In this document: in pieces, positions 10,794-20,316 of the stretch
Numbering within the stretch: the stretch's first letter is position 1
Layout: each line of letters begins with the position of its first letter
Origin: Pelagomonas calceolata
Lineage: Eukaryota
DNA: 64,000 bases
NCBI GenBank assembly: GCA_918797485.1
Contig: CAKKNE010000001.1
Span: forward strand, 6,076,001 to 6,140,000
Reading direction: 5' to 3'
The notes under the pieces: generated by a model
Databases searched by the model: none
What the model saw: the letters and a program-made list of their open reading frames with translations, nothing else
Told to the model about the DNA's origin: nothing
Translations under genes and position numbers: made by a program

Positions 10794-12011
10794 ATGCGTG
10801 GCGTCCTCATCATGCTCGCGGTCGCGAGAACCGCGGTCCGCGCGCTGCGCGGTCCGGTGACTTGCGCGGCGCGGCCCAGGCCGAGGTTCGCCGCGGCGGT
10901 CGCCGAGGTCCAGGCCGAGGCGAACCCCTTTTCCATTGTCAGGGACGACCTGAAGCTGATGAAGCTGCGGATCAAGGCCTTGGTCGAGAACACGCTCGAC
11001 GAGCCCGGGAGGGGAGGCGGCGCGAGGAGCTCGGGCCGGTCTCATCCCTTGTTGCAGGAGGCAGCTAGAGAGTTCTTTGAGCGAAGGGAACGCGCCTTCC
11101 GACCCGCTGTGGTTCTCTTAGTAGCAAGGGCCGTCGAGTCCACCGAGAAGGGCAAGCCGGTAAGTGCAAGGCAATGTCTCCTCGCGGAGATCGTCGAGAT
11201 GATGTGCACCGCTACGATTGTTCACGATTCGGTCCTGGAGGACGACGAGGAGTCCATGCTGGGCAACGTGGCTCATAGAACTTACAGTCAAAACGCTGGG
11301 AACAAGGTATCTGTCTTGGCCGGTGATTTCTTGTTAGCTAGGTGTAGCGTAGCTCTATCACAGTTAGGAGACCTGACGGTCGTCGAGCTCATGGCTACTG
11401 CTTTAGAGTCCATCGTGCAAGGTGGCGTTTTAAAGGCGCAAGCGCGGCAGGCCGGCGTCGCGCCCAGTCTGGATGACTACGAAGGTCGGGTGCGGCTGAA
11501 GACCGCGTCACTCATCGCGGACGCGTGTCGTTCAGCAGCGATCCTCGCGGGCGAAGCCCATGATAGTGAGGTCGCGAACGCCGTCTATGACTACGCGACG
11601 GCGCTGGGTCTGTCGTACCAGGTCATGTTCGACACGATAAGGTATCATCAGATATTGGAACTAGCGCATGTGGCCGAGTCGGACGTGGCCATTTCCGAGA
11701 GGATCCTCCAGGAGTTTATTTCGTCGCCGCCCGTGATCCTGTCGGAAATCGCCGACGTCAACGCGGCGACGACGTCGCGGGCGTCTCTTAAAAAGCTGTC
11801 GGGGGACGTCGAGGCGGCTTCCGGGTTAAATCACGCGGTCGCGCTGTCGAAGGAGCACGCCGAGCGTGCGAAGAACGCGTTGGGGTTGCTGCCGGAGTCG
11901 CGCGAGAAGCAGGCGCTCCTCATGATGGCGGACTTCGTCTCGCAGGAGGACCAGGTCGGCCTGCAGCGGGAGAAGTACGTGCAGTCGCGCGCGGACGCCG
12001 CGCCGGTGTAA
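10794..12011 (+). CDS. trans-polyprenyl diphosphate synthase-like protein with degenerate Asp-rich motifs and targeting presequence
   Basis: FRPAVVLL, LAEIVEM..TATIVHDSVLED, GNKVSVLAGDFLLA, KTASLIA, ALGLSYQ. Confidence 0.85.
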   Translation: MRGVLIMLAVARTAVRALRGPVTCAARPRPRFAAAVAEVQAEANPFSIVRDDLKLMKLRIKALVENTLDEPGRGGGARSSGRSHPLLQEAAREFFERRERAFRPAVVLLVARAVESTEKGKPVSARQCLLAEIVEMMCTATIVHDSVLEDDEESMLGNVAHRTYSQNAGNKVSVLAGDFLLARCSVALSQLGDLTVVELMATALESIVQGGVLKAQARQAGVAPSLDDYEGRVRLKTASLIADACRSAAILAGEAHDSEVANAVYDYATALGLSYQVMFDTIRYHQILELAHVAESDVAISERILQEFISSPPVILSEIADVNAATTSRASLKKLSGDVEAASGLNHAVALSKEHAERAKNALGLLPESREKQALLMMADFVSQEDQVGLQREKYVQSRADAAPV

Positions 12012-12396
12012 GGTTTCGAGTGTAGTCCGTCTCGCCTGGCGCGTCGATGGCGTGCGCGTTCACGGCGACGACTTCCGAGGCCGCGCGTCGGCGGGAGGAG
12101 TCGCCTAGCGAGATAGCCCCTCTAGCAGGCGAGTGCAAGCCTGCACCAGCGCCAAACTCGGTGAGCAGTGCATATCACAAGCTTAGAGCCGCTGTGCACA
12201 GACCTTTTGATTGACACCTTCAGTCCCTGCCGCGAACACTGCAACAGATAGGCTCTCTGGCAAGTTGCAGACTGCCCACACAAAGCACCGAGTTGCATAC
12301 AGCTGCGCATCGATACGCCGAGGTGCAAACAGCAGCGCATCGATACGCCATCGCCGCGATAGCACCTCAGGGGACACCGCAAGGCTACAACAGAAA

Positions 12397-13383
12397 ATGG
12401 TCGCCACGCGCTCCGGCCGCTCGAAGACGTCGGCCGACGCGGCCGAGTCGACGTTAGTGCCCCTCGCCCTCAATTTGCTGGGTTGGTACGGCTGCAACGC
12501 CTTCTTCAACGTCCTGAACAAGGAAGCACTCAATAGGTGGCCTTACCCCTGGGCCGTCGCGTGGCTGCAACTCGTGGCCGGTGTCGCGATAGTAATACCG
12601 CTCTGGGCGTCGGGGCTGCGAGCGCCGCCAAAAGCTGACCTACAATTCGTGGCGCGGACCTTCGGGCCCATCGGCGCGCTGCACGCGGGCGGCCACGGCG
12701 CCCAGGTCGTGTCGTTCGGCGCGGGAAGCGTCTTCATGGCCCACGTCGTCAAAGCATTGGAGCCCATCGTCGGTACTGTGATAGGCTACCTCTTCCTCGG
12801 TTCAACGCCGTCGCTGATGACGAACTTGAGTTTGGTGCCCATCGTCTGCGGCGTCGTCTATGCGGCGTCGAAGCCCGGTGGCGTTGACTTCGGGGGATTG
12901 ACGTCGCTCCCGGCGCGCACGGCGTTGGTGTCCACGGTCGCCTTCGCCTTCGCCAAGGTCCTCGCGAAGCGCCAGATGTCGCCCAAGGTCAAGAAGGCGC
13001 GGAACCTGGACGGCGCCAACGTTTATGGGTTGCTGACGCTGTGCTCGTGCGTTTGTTTAGCCGTGCCGGCGTTTCTGTTGGAGGGGGCCGCGGCCTACGA
13101 CGCCTTGCAGAGTACGGATTCTATGATTGTGCTGTCGCTCGTCGCTAGAAGCGGTGCATTGTACTACCTCTCGAACGAGTTCTCGTTCCGCGTGCTCGGC
13201 ATGTTGGATCCAGTGAGCCAGGCCGTGGCGAACGCGGCGAAGCGCGTCTTCGTGCTCGCGGCGGCGGCCGTGTTCCTGGGCGAGGTGCCCTCAACGCGAA
13301 AGATCGTCGGGTCCTGCGTCGCTTTGCTGGGAGTCCTCGGCTACGGCCTCTCGAAGCGGGACGCGGCGAAGAAGAATCGTTGA
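12397..13383 (+). CDS. triose-phosphate/phosphate translocator (TPT/DMT) family transporter
   Basis: WYGCNAFFNVLNKEAL, HVVKALEP, YYLSNEFSF..LDPVSQAVANAAKRVFVL; many TM segments. Confidence 0.9.
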   Translation: MVATRSGRSKTSADAAESTLVPLALNLLGWYGCNAFFNVLNKEALNRWPYPWAVAWLQLVAGVAIVIPLWASGLRAPPKADLQFVARTFGPIGALHAGGHGAQVVSFGAGSVFMAHVVKALEPIVGTVIGYLFLGSTPSLMTNLSLVPIVCGVVYAASKPGGVDFGGLTSLPARTALVSTVAFAFAKVLAKRQMSPKVKKARNLDGANVYGLLTLCSCVCLAVPAFLLEGAAAYDALQSTDSMIVLSLVARSGALYYLSNEFSFRVLGMLDPVSQAVANAAKRVFVLAAAAVFLGEVPSTRKIVGSCVALLGVLGYGLSKRDAAKKNR

Positions 13384-13457
13384 TTTCTCCCCTTCCTTCT
13401 CTCTCGCTCTAAGTTTCGCCGAGTCTACTTCGTTTTGTCTGGGTTGGCCCGGAAAGC

Positions 13458-13520
13458 TGCGCAGTAGTCGCAGTACCTGCGCAGTGCCTGCGCAGTACTG
13501 CGCCAGTAGACTGCGCCAGA
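13458..13520 (+). repeat. degenerate 10-12 bp tandem repeat (TGCGCAGTA-like)
   Basis: About six imperfect copies in the convergent 3' gap. Confidence 0.55.
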
Positions 13521-13559
13521 CGAGGGGCCACAGGCGCGCTGCAAGATAGGAACAATCTC

Positions 13560-14015
13560 TTACGTATACAGCCGGTCGTCGCGCGCGTACTCCTCGATGC
13601 GCTCCTGGAGCGTCGCGGCTCGACAGACGCAGTACCTTCCGAGGCAAGTGCCGCCGTGCCAGGACAGGTCGACGAGGAGCGGGATCGCGCCCAAGCGCCT
13701 ATTTTTCTTCTGCACATACGAAACCAATGACGCGCGATTCGTGATCGGCCGGTCCGCGACGTTGATAAATTTGAGGATGTGCGAGTAGCAGTCGGCGGGG
13801 AGCTGGGGGTGCTGCGGCAGCGGCGGCGTCGCGTGCGACCGCCGTCGCTCCTTCCACGCGTTGACGATGGCCTCGCCGCTGATCATCGGCGGGCCCGCGT
13901 TGACGAGCTCGCAGACGCGGCCGGCGGCGGGGCCGGCGCCGGGCTCATCGTCTGCCCGCGGCGACAATAACGGCCCGGGCCCGGCGAACGCGAGCGGCTC
14001 CGGCTTGGTCCCCAT
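13560..14015 (-). CDS. hypothetical protein with F-box-like segment
   Basis: QLPADCYSHILKFINVAD resembles an F-box start; gene start uncertain. Confidence 0.5.
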   Translation of the reverse strand: MGTKPEPLAFAGPGPLLSPRADDEPGAGPAAGRVCELVNAGPPMISGEAIVNAWKERRRSHATPPLPQHPQLPADCYSHILKFINVADRPITNRASLVSYVQKKNRRLGAIPLLVDLSWHGGTCLGRYCVCRAATLQERIEEYARDDRLYT

Positions 14016-14324
14016 GCCCGCCGCGGGCGCCGGCGGGAGGGCCTGCTGGAGGTTGCCTTTGGGGCCTTGAATTTGAACAGCGCGGTGTGGTGCGCACGGC
14101 CGGCAGAATCGAGGTACCGGCTTCATGGTCCGCATCAACCGGCTGTTCTAACCAGCGTTTGTCCCAAAATATGATCGTGCACCGCGACGAACGTGCTGTT
14201 TGAGCAACAATGCTCTGCGATGCCAGTCAGCCTGGGCCGGCCCTGCAGCCGCAGGGCGCCCAGGCACCAGGACGACTCCCGGAGACGCGTTTAGAACTGC
14301 TTTGAACTCTGCTCCGCGTAATGA

Positions 14325-14347
14325 GCTAGCGGCGTGAAGTCACTAGC
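14325..14347 (+). promoter_or_regulatory. upstream GCTAGC..CACTAGC motif
   Basis: GCTAGCGGCGTGAAGTCACTAGC in a divergent gap, about 130 bp before the GPI8 ATG. Confidence 0.6.
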
Positions 14348-14479
14348 AAAAGCAAAGCAGCAAGCGCGTGCGCCAAACTGGTCGCGATTGCAAGCATTCC
14401 TACAAACTTGGGTGCCGCTGGGCTCCTATTTGCAGTGAGAACGCAACGCACACGAGAACGCCATCGCTGCGGCTCCACA

Positions 14480-15436
14480 ATGCGGCTGTCAGCAGCCCTG
14501 TGGTGCCTCGCCACCGCGACCGCGACAGGAGCGACCGCGACAGCCGCGACCGCGACAGACCAATATTATGGTGAAGACACCTGGGTCGTCGTCGTCGGCG
14601 CTTCTAGATATTTTGCAAACTACCGCCACGCCGGGAACGCGTTGGCCGTAAGGAAAGCAGCTAGGAGGTTTGGCGTGCCGCGCGATCGCATCTTGGTATT
14701 ACTCGCGGAGGATCCGACATTGGACGCGCGGAACCCGATGCGGGGCGAGGTCTACCTGCACGCCAATCAGAAATTTACGGACAATCTAGCGGTAGATGAC
14801 GACGGCAGTTATGCGGATGTGGACTACGCGAACGAAGAGGTGACGCCCGAGCTCGTACGGAACTTGTTGACAGGAAGGTACGACGCGACGACGCCAAAAT
14901 CCAAAAGATTGGACTCGAACGAGCACTCGAATCTATTTGTGTACTTCACGGGTCATGGGGGAGACGAGTTCCTCAAGTTCCACGACGCCGACGAATTGAG
15001 TGCGAAGGAGCTCGCGTTGACGTTCGCCGAGATGCGGGCCAAACGGCGATTTAAAAGATGCATCCTCGTCGTGGACACGTGCCAGGCCGGCAGTCTCTTT
15101 AAATACCTGGACAATTCGACGTCTGGCATACTCGCGATGGCCTCGGCGAAGCTCGGCGAGAACGCCTATGCCTCGCCGGCGGATGCGACGACGGGCGTCG
15201 CGCTCGCGGATCGCTTCACCGAGCAAGCGATCCGGTGGCTCTCTTCCACAGGATCGGAGCCGGGGGCGACGTGGGGCCACTTCGTGCACCAGATGACGCG
15301 CGCGCGGACGGGGTCGACGCTGGAGGTCTACGAGAAGGCCTGGGGCTCGGGGTTGGACTGGCGGTCGGCGCCGATCCGCGCCTTCCTTGGGGACCCGCCG
15401 GGCGAGGAGCACTCGCTGACGTTCGCGGAATTGTAG
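14480..15436 (+). CDS. GPI8: GPI-anchor transamidase catalytic subunit (peptidase C13)
   Basis: Signal peptide, SRYFANYRH, VDYANEEVT, YFTGHGGDEFLKFHD, VDTCQA. Confidence 0.93.
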   Translation: MRLSAALWCLATATATGATATAATATDQYYGEDTWVVVVGASRYFANYRHAGNALAVRKAARRFGVPRDRILVLLAEDPTLDARNPMRGEVYLHANQKFTDNLAVDDDGSYADVDYANEEVTPELVRNLLTGRYDATTPKSKRLDSNEHSNLFVYFTGHGGDEFLKFHDADELSAKELALTFAEMRAKRRFKRCILVVDTCQAGSLFKYLDNSTSGILAMASAKLGENAYASPADATTGVALADRFTEQAIRWLSSTGSEPGATWGHFVHQMTRARTGSTLEVYEKAWGSGLDWRSAPIRAFLGDPPGEEHSLTFAEL

Positions 15437-15495
15437 TTTTGTTGTTTTAAAAGAAAGTCTTAAATTTGGGGGGGGGGACGAGGTTCGAGATCGCT

Positions 15496-17234
15496 CTACT
15501 CTTCGAGGTCCTGGTCCTCGAGCGGAGCTTGACTTTTGCGAAAGAGGGACGAGAAGAGGCCTTGGCGTGGGGCCGGCGCCGGCGGAGGGAAAGATGTCGG
15601 GGTTGCACCTGCGATGGGGTTCGCGGGTCGACGGCGTTCTCCAGAGGGCTCAGCCCGGAATCGAACCGAAGCCAGGATGTCCCTAACATCCCGTGCTACC
15701 ATTACACCACCAAGCCCAGTAGAGTGAAAGACGCCGGCGCCCGACTTGTAGGTTGAGGTGCAGAAGGCCTCCTGGCTGACATCCCACGCATCATAGCAGC
15801 CTTGGACGACTTCTTTGACGTGTTGCGGTAGACGTTGCGCGCACGGCCCACGCTGCCCATAAGACGCGGCATGGTTTCTTCTTCGTCCGAGTCCGAGTCT
15901 TCCATGCACCGCTGCATTTGATGCCCCATCATCTTGCTTGTCATCCACTGGCGGCCGCGCGCCCGATACGCATCCTCGTTGGCGAGGCCCTCGAGGACGA
16001 CGGCCAGGTCGTGCGCGAGCCGCTCGACGAGACTCCCCGTCACGGCCGCGACCTTGAGGGCCGCGATCTTCGCCTTCTGCGACTCGAGCACGCGTCTCGC
16101 GCCCGCGATATCTCTTCGGTCCGCGCATTCCCGCGCCGAGAGTAATGCGTCGGCCGTGTCGAGGCGCGCGCGCTGCTCCGTGACGTGGTTGTCGGGCACC
16201 GCCGTCTGGGCTTTCGCCGCGTCGACGGCGACCGACGCCGTCGCCGTCGCGTGCGAGACCCGGCCGTTGGCGGCGTCGACGTAGCGCAGGGCGAACGAGA
16301 CTTCGACGCTAGCGCTGCCCAATAGCTCGACCTCGACGAGAACGTCGCGCTGCTCTTCCTCGAAGACGTCGCCCAAGGGTACCGTCCACGTCCGGTCGTC
16401 TACGCGCGTCGCGCCCTCGCGGCGGACCCGCGCGATTCTTCCCGCCGAGGCCTTGACTTCGACGACGACGTTTTGCGCCGCGACGGAGAGCAAGCCACCC
16501 AAACAATCAGCGAAGGCCCCCACGACCTTCTCGGCCGTCTCGATGAAGTAGTACGAGCCCTTGCCGTCGCCCGCGGCGCCGGCGATCGACTGCAATAGGG
16601 ACGCGTTGTGGTCGGAACCGTAGCCAAACGTGTAGAGACCCGTCGAAGTTCCGTCCAGCAGGCTCTTCGTCGCCGCAATGAGCGGTTGCTCCTCCGTGAT
16701 GCCGGCGTTGGCCAGGCCGTCCGTGAGGAGCAGGACGGCTCGGATGCGCTCGGCCGCCGGCGCTGCGGACAACAGCCCCAGACCGGCGAACAGGCCGCCC
16801 GAGAGATTCGTGGTCCCGCCCGGCCGCAGGCTTTTTACGGCCCTCGCAACGTCCGACGACGCGCTGACCAGGGCCGTGTTCGTCTTGACGCGGTGGTCGA
16901 AGGACACGAGGCCGAAGCGGTCCGACGGGCGGAGTTGTTCTATCAGGAGCTCGGTCGTCTCCTTGCAGAGTTCCAATTTGCGTTCGGCCTCCATCGACCC
17001 GCTGCGGTCCATGACGACGACGACGTCGACGTCCGGGCGGCGTTTGCCCTCGGACGCGGCGGCCGTGATGTTGCAGGCCATCGTCGCGCGCGCGCAGGCG
17101 GGGGCGACGTGGCTCAGCTCGGCGGCTGCTGTGAGTGTGAGGGTGTCCTTGGTGTTGCTGGTACCATTTGCGTCAGGAACCATTTCAAAGTCTTCGTCGG
17201 AGCTGGCGTAGGGGCGCGGTGTGCGGTCGTCCAT
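15496..17234 (-). CDS. von Willebrand factor A domain protein; predicted intron 15609-15745 hosts a tRNA
   Basis: MIDAS DRSGSM, GGTTNLSGGL, LLTDGLANAG, TFGYGSDHN. Splicing A|GTCGGG...CATCGCAG|GT adds an in-frame last exon ending DQDLEE*. The unspliced ORF would stop at 15702, inside the tRNA. Confidence 0.85.
15646..15716 (-). tRNA. tRNA-Pro(AGG)
   Basis: 71-nt cloverleaf. Acceptor GGCTTGG/CTGAGCC with C73; D arm GTGT-AATGGTA-GCAC; anticodon arm GGATG-TTAGGGA-CATCC; T arm TTCGG-TTCGATT-CCGGG. Confidence 0.9.
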
Positions 17235-17837
17235 TGTGTTTTTGCTGTGTTTTTGTTGTCCGTGCTGGCTTTTGGTGCGCGCGGTTGCTGTGAATAGCTC
17301 GTGGCTTCGAATGTGCTGCCTTGCGCGTGAAATTGTGTTCGTTGGCAATCCGCGGGCTGCCTTGCGATGTGTTGCTTTGCTTTGTGCTTCAGAGAGTGTT
17401 CCGCACGGTCAGGAATTGTCGCCGTCAGTTCGGCGTCGCCAGAGTGATCGTGATGTCTAGCACGTCCTAGCAGGGGGTATTGGCTCGGTGATACGGCGTG
17501 TTTGGACTTTTACCTGCGGTAACCGCGCGCGAGCGGCGAGGCTGAGCATAAGCACAGCAGCAGGAACGAAACCCCCTCAAGTGCACAAGACGAATCGTGT
17601 TCGTCGAGCGGCGGGGCTGAGCGACAATCCGTACGGGTAACCTTCCCTAGAGCCCATCATCTAGCTCGACATTATTATGCCAGCATCGAAAGCCATTCAG
17701 TACGGCTGCTGCAGCGGCATCGATAGTGATCAGCAGCGGTGCCGATTATACTTGCAACGAACTCAGTTATCCAGTTGAGCGAACTCTGCTTGACGCGCAC
17801 TGCTAGCAAAAAAAAAGCACAAGACACAGCAGCAACC

Positions 17838-19100
17838 ATGCAGCACGCCGCAGTGGCTCAAAACCTGGCAGAGGAAGTCGCAAAGGTCGCCGACCAACTC
17901 AAAGACTTCGAGCTGCGCGCCATCTCCGCTGCCGGGCGCGGCCTTACCGCTCGTGCCGATGCTGCTTTGGAATCGAGGCGCGAGTGGCCGCCGGCGCGGG
18001 TCCAGCCGGAGCTCATCCTGCAGTTTCTGACGTCGCCAGACGTCGCGTCCGGGCTGCGGGTCTGCGTCCGCTGGAGCGAGTCAGCTGAGGCCGCCTGCCG
18101 TTTAGTTGCTCTGCGATCCCGGGCGCAAGAGCTCGCGGCGGCCATAGATCCAGACTACATGCAGCGGCACCCCGCCCTCACTTGGGAGATGCGCAAGAGT
18201 CTGGTAGACTGGATTGCGGCGGTCCATCACAGTCGCAGATTTTCTCCTGAGGTGCTGTTTCTCGCAGTGCGCATTATCGATGAATACCTTGCTGTCGCAG
18301 AACCTGTTTTGCAGCCTAATTTGCAGCTCGTGGGTGTGGCGGCGCTCGCCCTCGCGTGCTTCCGCGAGAGTGATTCCCATATTGTGCTCCACGCGCTGCA
18401 CCTCCACGAAATCGCACTTAGCGCCGACAACGCCTACGACGGACCCACCATCCTTGCAATGGAAAAGACGATATCCCAAGCACTCGCGGACGGAAATGCA
18501 ACGTATGCATCTTCTTCGGTTCGTACCGTCATGATGTCGTACCTCAAGGCGGAGAGCTCCGACGACGACTGTTACATGGTGTGGATCGCCTCGTGCGTCG
18601 CCGAGCGGATGCTCCTGGAGCACAAGATGCTCAAATACTTGCCGTCGATGGTCGCTGCATGTGCGGTCTACGTCGCGCGCGGCAGCCTCGACAAGACTGC
18701 CTGGACGAAAACTCTCGAGCGCTGCTCGCAGTACTCCGCGGACGACCTGCGAGCTTGCCTCGAGGACGTGAAACATTTCATGGTTGTACACAGGCGTTCG
18801 ACAGAAACTGTCAATGAATTAATTGTATACGTTAAGTACAGGAACAGGCGGCTTGGCGCGCCTGCGATGATTCCGCTCAGGATCGGCGAATGGTCATATA
18901 ACCGCCAATTGGACCTCGAAGTTCCACCCGATTACGACAAATCGCCCTTGCTTTACCCGGTTTCGGCGAATAGGGCGGAACTGGAGATGTATTCGCGTCT
19001 ACCAGTGCCCCGCATGCGGCCTCGGCCCGGACGACGCGGGGTGACCCCGACGGCACCGAGGGAACCCCAGGAGGACTCCGGCTCGTGTGTCACTATGTAG
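17838..19100 (+). CDS. divergent cyclin (A/B-like cyclin box) with N-terminal F-box-like segment
   Basis: MRKSLVDWI, EVLFLAVRIIDEYL, LQLVGVAAL, DNAYD..ILAMEKTI, MLKYLPSMVAACAVY. Confidence 0.85.
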   Translation: MQHAAVAQNLAEEVAKVADQLKDFELRAISAAGRGLTARADAALESRREWPPARVQPELILQFLTSPDVASGLRVCVRWSESAEAACRLVALRSRAQELAAAIDPDYMQRHPALTWEMRKSLVDWIAAVHHSRRFSPEVLFLAVRIIDEYLAVAEPVLQPNLQLVGVAALALACFRESDSHIVLHALHLHEIALSADNAYDGPTILAMEKTISQALADGNATYASSSVRTVMMSYLKAESSDDDCYMVWIASCVAERMLLEHKMLKYLPSMVAACAVYVARGSLDKTAWTKTLERCSQYSADDLRACLEDVKHFMVVHRRSTETVNELIVYVKYRNRRLGAPAMIPLRIGEWSYNRQLDLEVPPDYDKSPLLYPVSANRAELEMYSRLPVPRMRPRPGRRGVTPTAPREPQEDSGSCVTM

Positions 19101-19149
19101 TGTAAGAAAGCAATAACAATGAGGACCACCCAAAGGTTACACACAAAGT

Positions 19150-20284
19150 CTAGTCGTCCTCGTCGTCCATGGCGTCCTTCCGCCGCGCGACGTACGCCCT
19201 CGCCAAGTCCTTGACCGCGGCGGCCGACGCCGCGTCGCCGTGCTCGCTCTCGAAGGCGGCAAACCGTTTTAAAGCAGCGTTCATCATTTTCGGAGGGAGG
19301 TCCGCGGCGGCCAGCCGCGTTTGTATATGACGCGCGTGTTGCACGTCGCCGGCTTTCAAGGTCTTCGCCACATATAACTGCCACAGGTCCGCTCTCCTAG
19401 GAAAGCGCTCCAGCAACTTGTCGAAGACCGTCCTTCCTCGATCCCGGCTCCCGTCCTCTAATTCCAAACAGGCGTATCTAGATAAGAGCGAAGCCTCCTC
19501 CTTCGGAGCACCGTCGCAGGCCTGGACGCCTCTCTTCACAACGGCATCCGCACCCTTGGCGTCGCCCGCCAATAACCGAGACCGGGCGTGGCGCAGCCAG
19601 ACCTCTTCTGTAGTTTTGGCTTGATGTTTGGCTCGTTTCTCACATTTACGATACACCGCATCGCTTCGCTTGAAATCTTGCGCCGCATCCAACAAAGCGC
19701 CCAACCTTAACAGTACTTTGGTAGGGTCACAATTCGCCACGGCTCGCTTCGTCGTCGCATCTAATGACGTGGAGTCGCCGTGCTTCCGTTCTAGTTCCAA
19801 CAAACAGGCCCAGACATCCAAGCGAGCATCTTCGCGCCGGTAGTGGATCGTCTTCAGGCCTCTCTCTAAAACTTTCCGCGCGCCGGGCGCGTCGTCCTCG
19901 CGCTCCAGTAGGAAAGTAGCATACGTCGTATAAGCCGCGGCCTCGTCCTGATGAGCGACCAAATGACGTTCGTAATCATCGCTGGAACGCATCTCGTCGT
20001 TGAGCAGCGCCTCCTCCGAGGCCATCGTTTGTAGTTCGGCCGCGCCCTCGTCCGCGGGCTCCGTTTTACGTCTTTTCGTCTGCTTGGGCCGCTCCTCGTC
20101 CCAGCGTAAAGCTTGGGCCTCTTCATCGTCGTCGTCGTCGCTCTCGTCGTCGCTGTCTTCGTCCTCCTCCTCGTCTTCGGACGAGTCGGCGGCCTCGTCC
20201 TCTTCTACTGCATCGTCGTCGCTCTCGTCGTCGGAGTCGTTCGCTAATAACGCGTCGGCTCTAGCTAAAGCCTCGTCATCATCA

Positions 20285-20316
<32 letters not shown>

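Noticed and set aside
17448..17547. Possible C/D-box snoRNA (GTGATG...CTGA)
   Set aside because: Box C is imperfect, and there is no terminal stem or recognisable rRNA guide.
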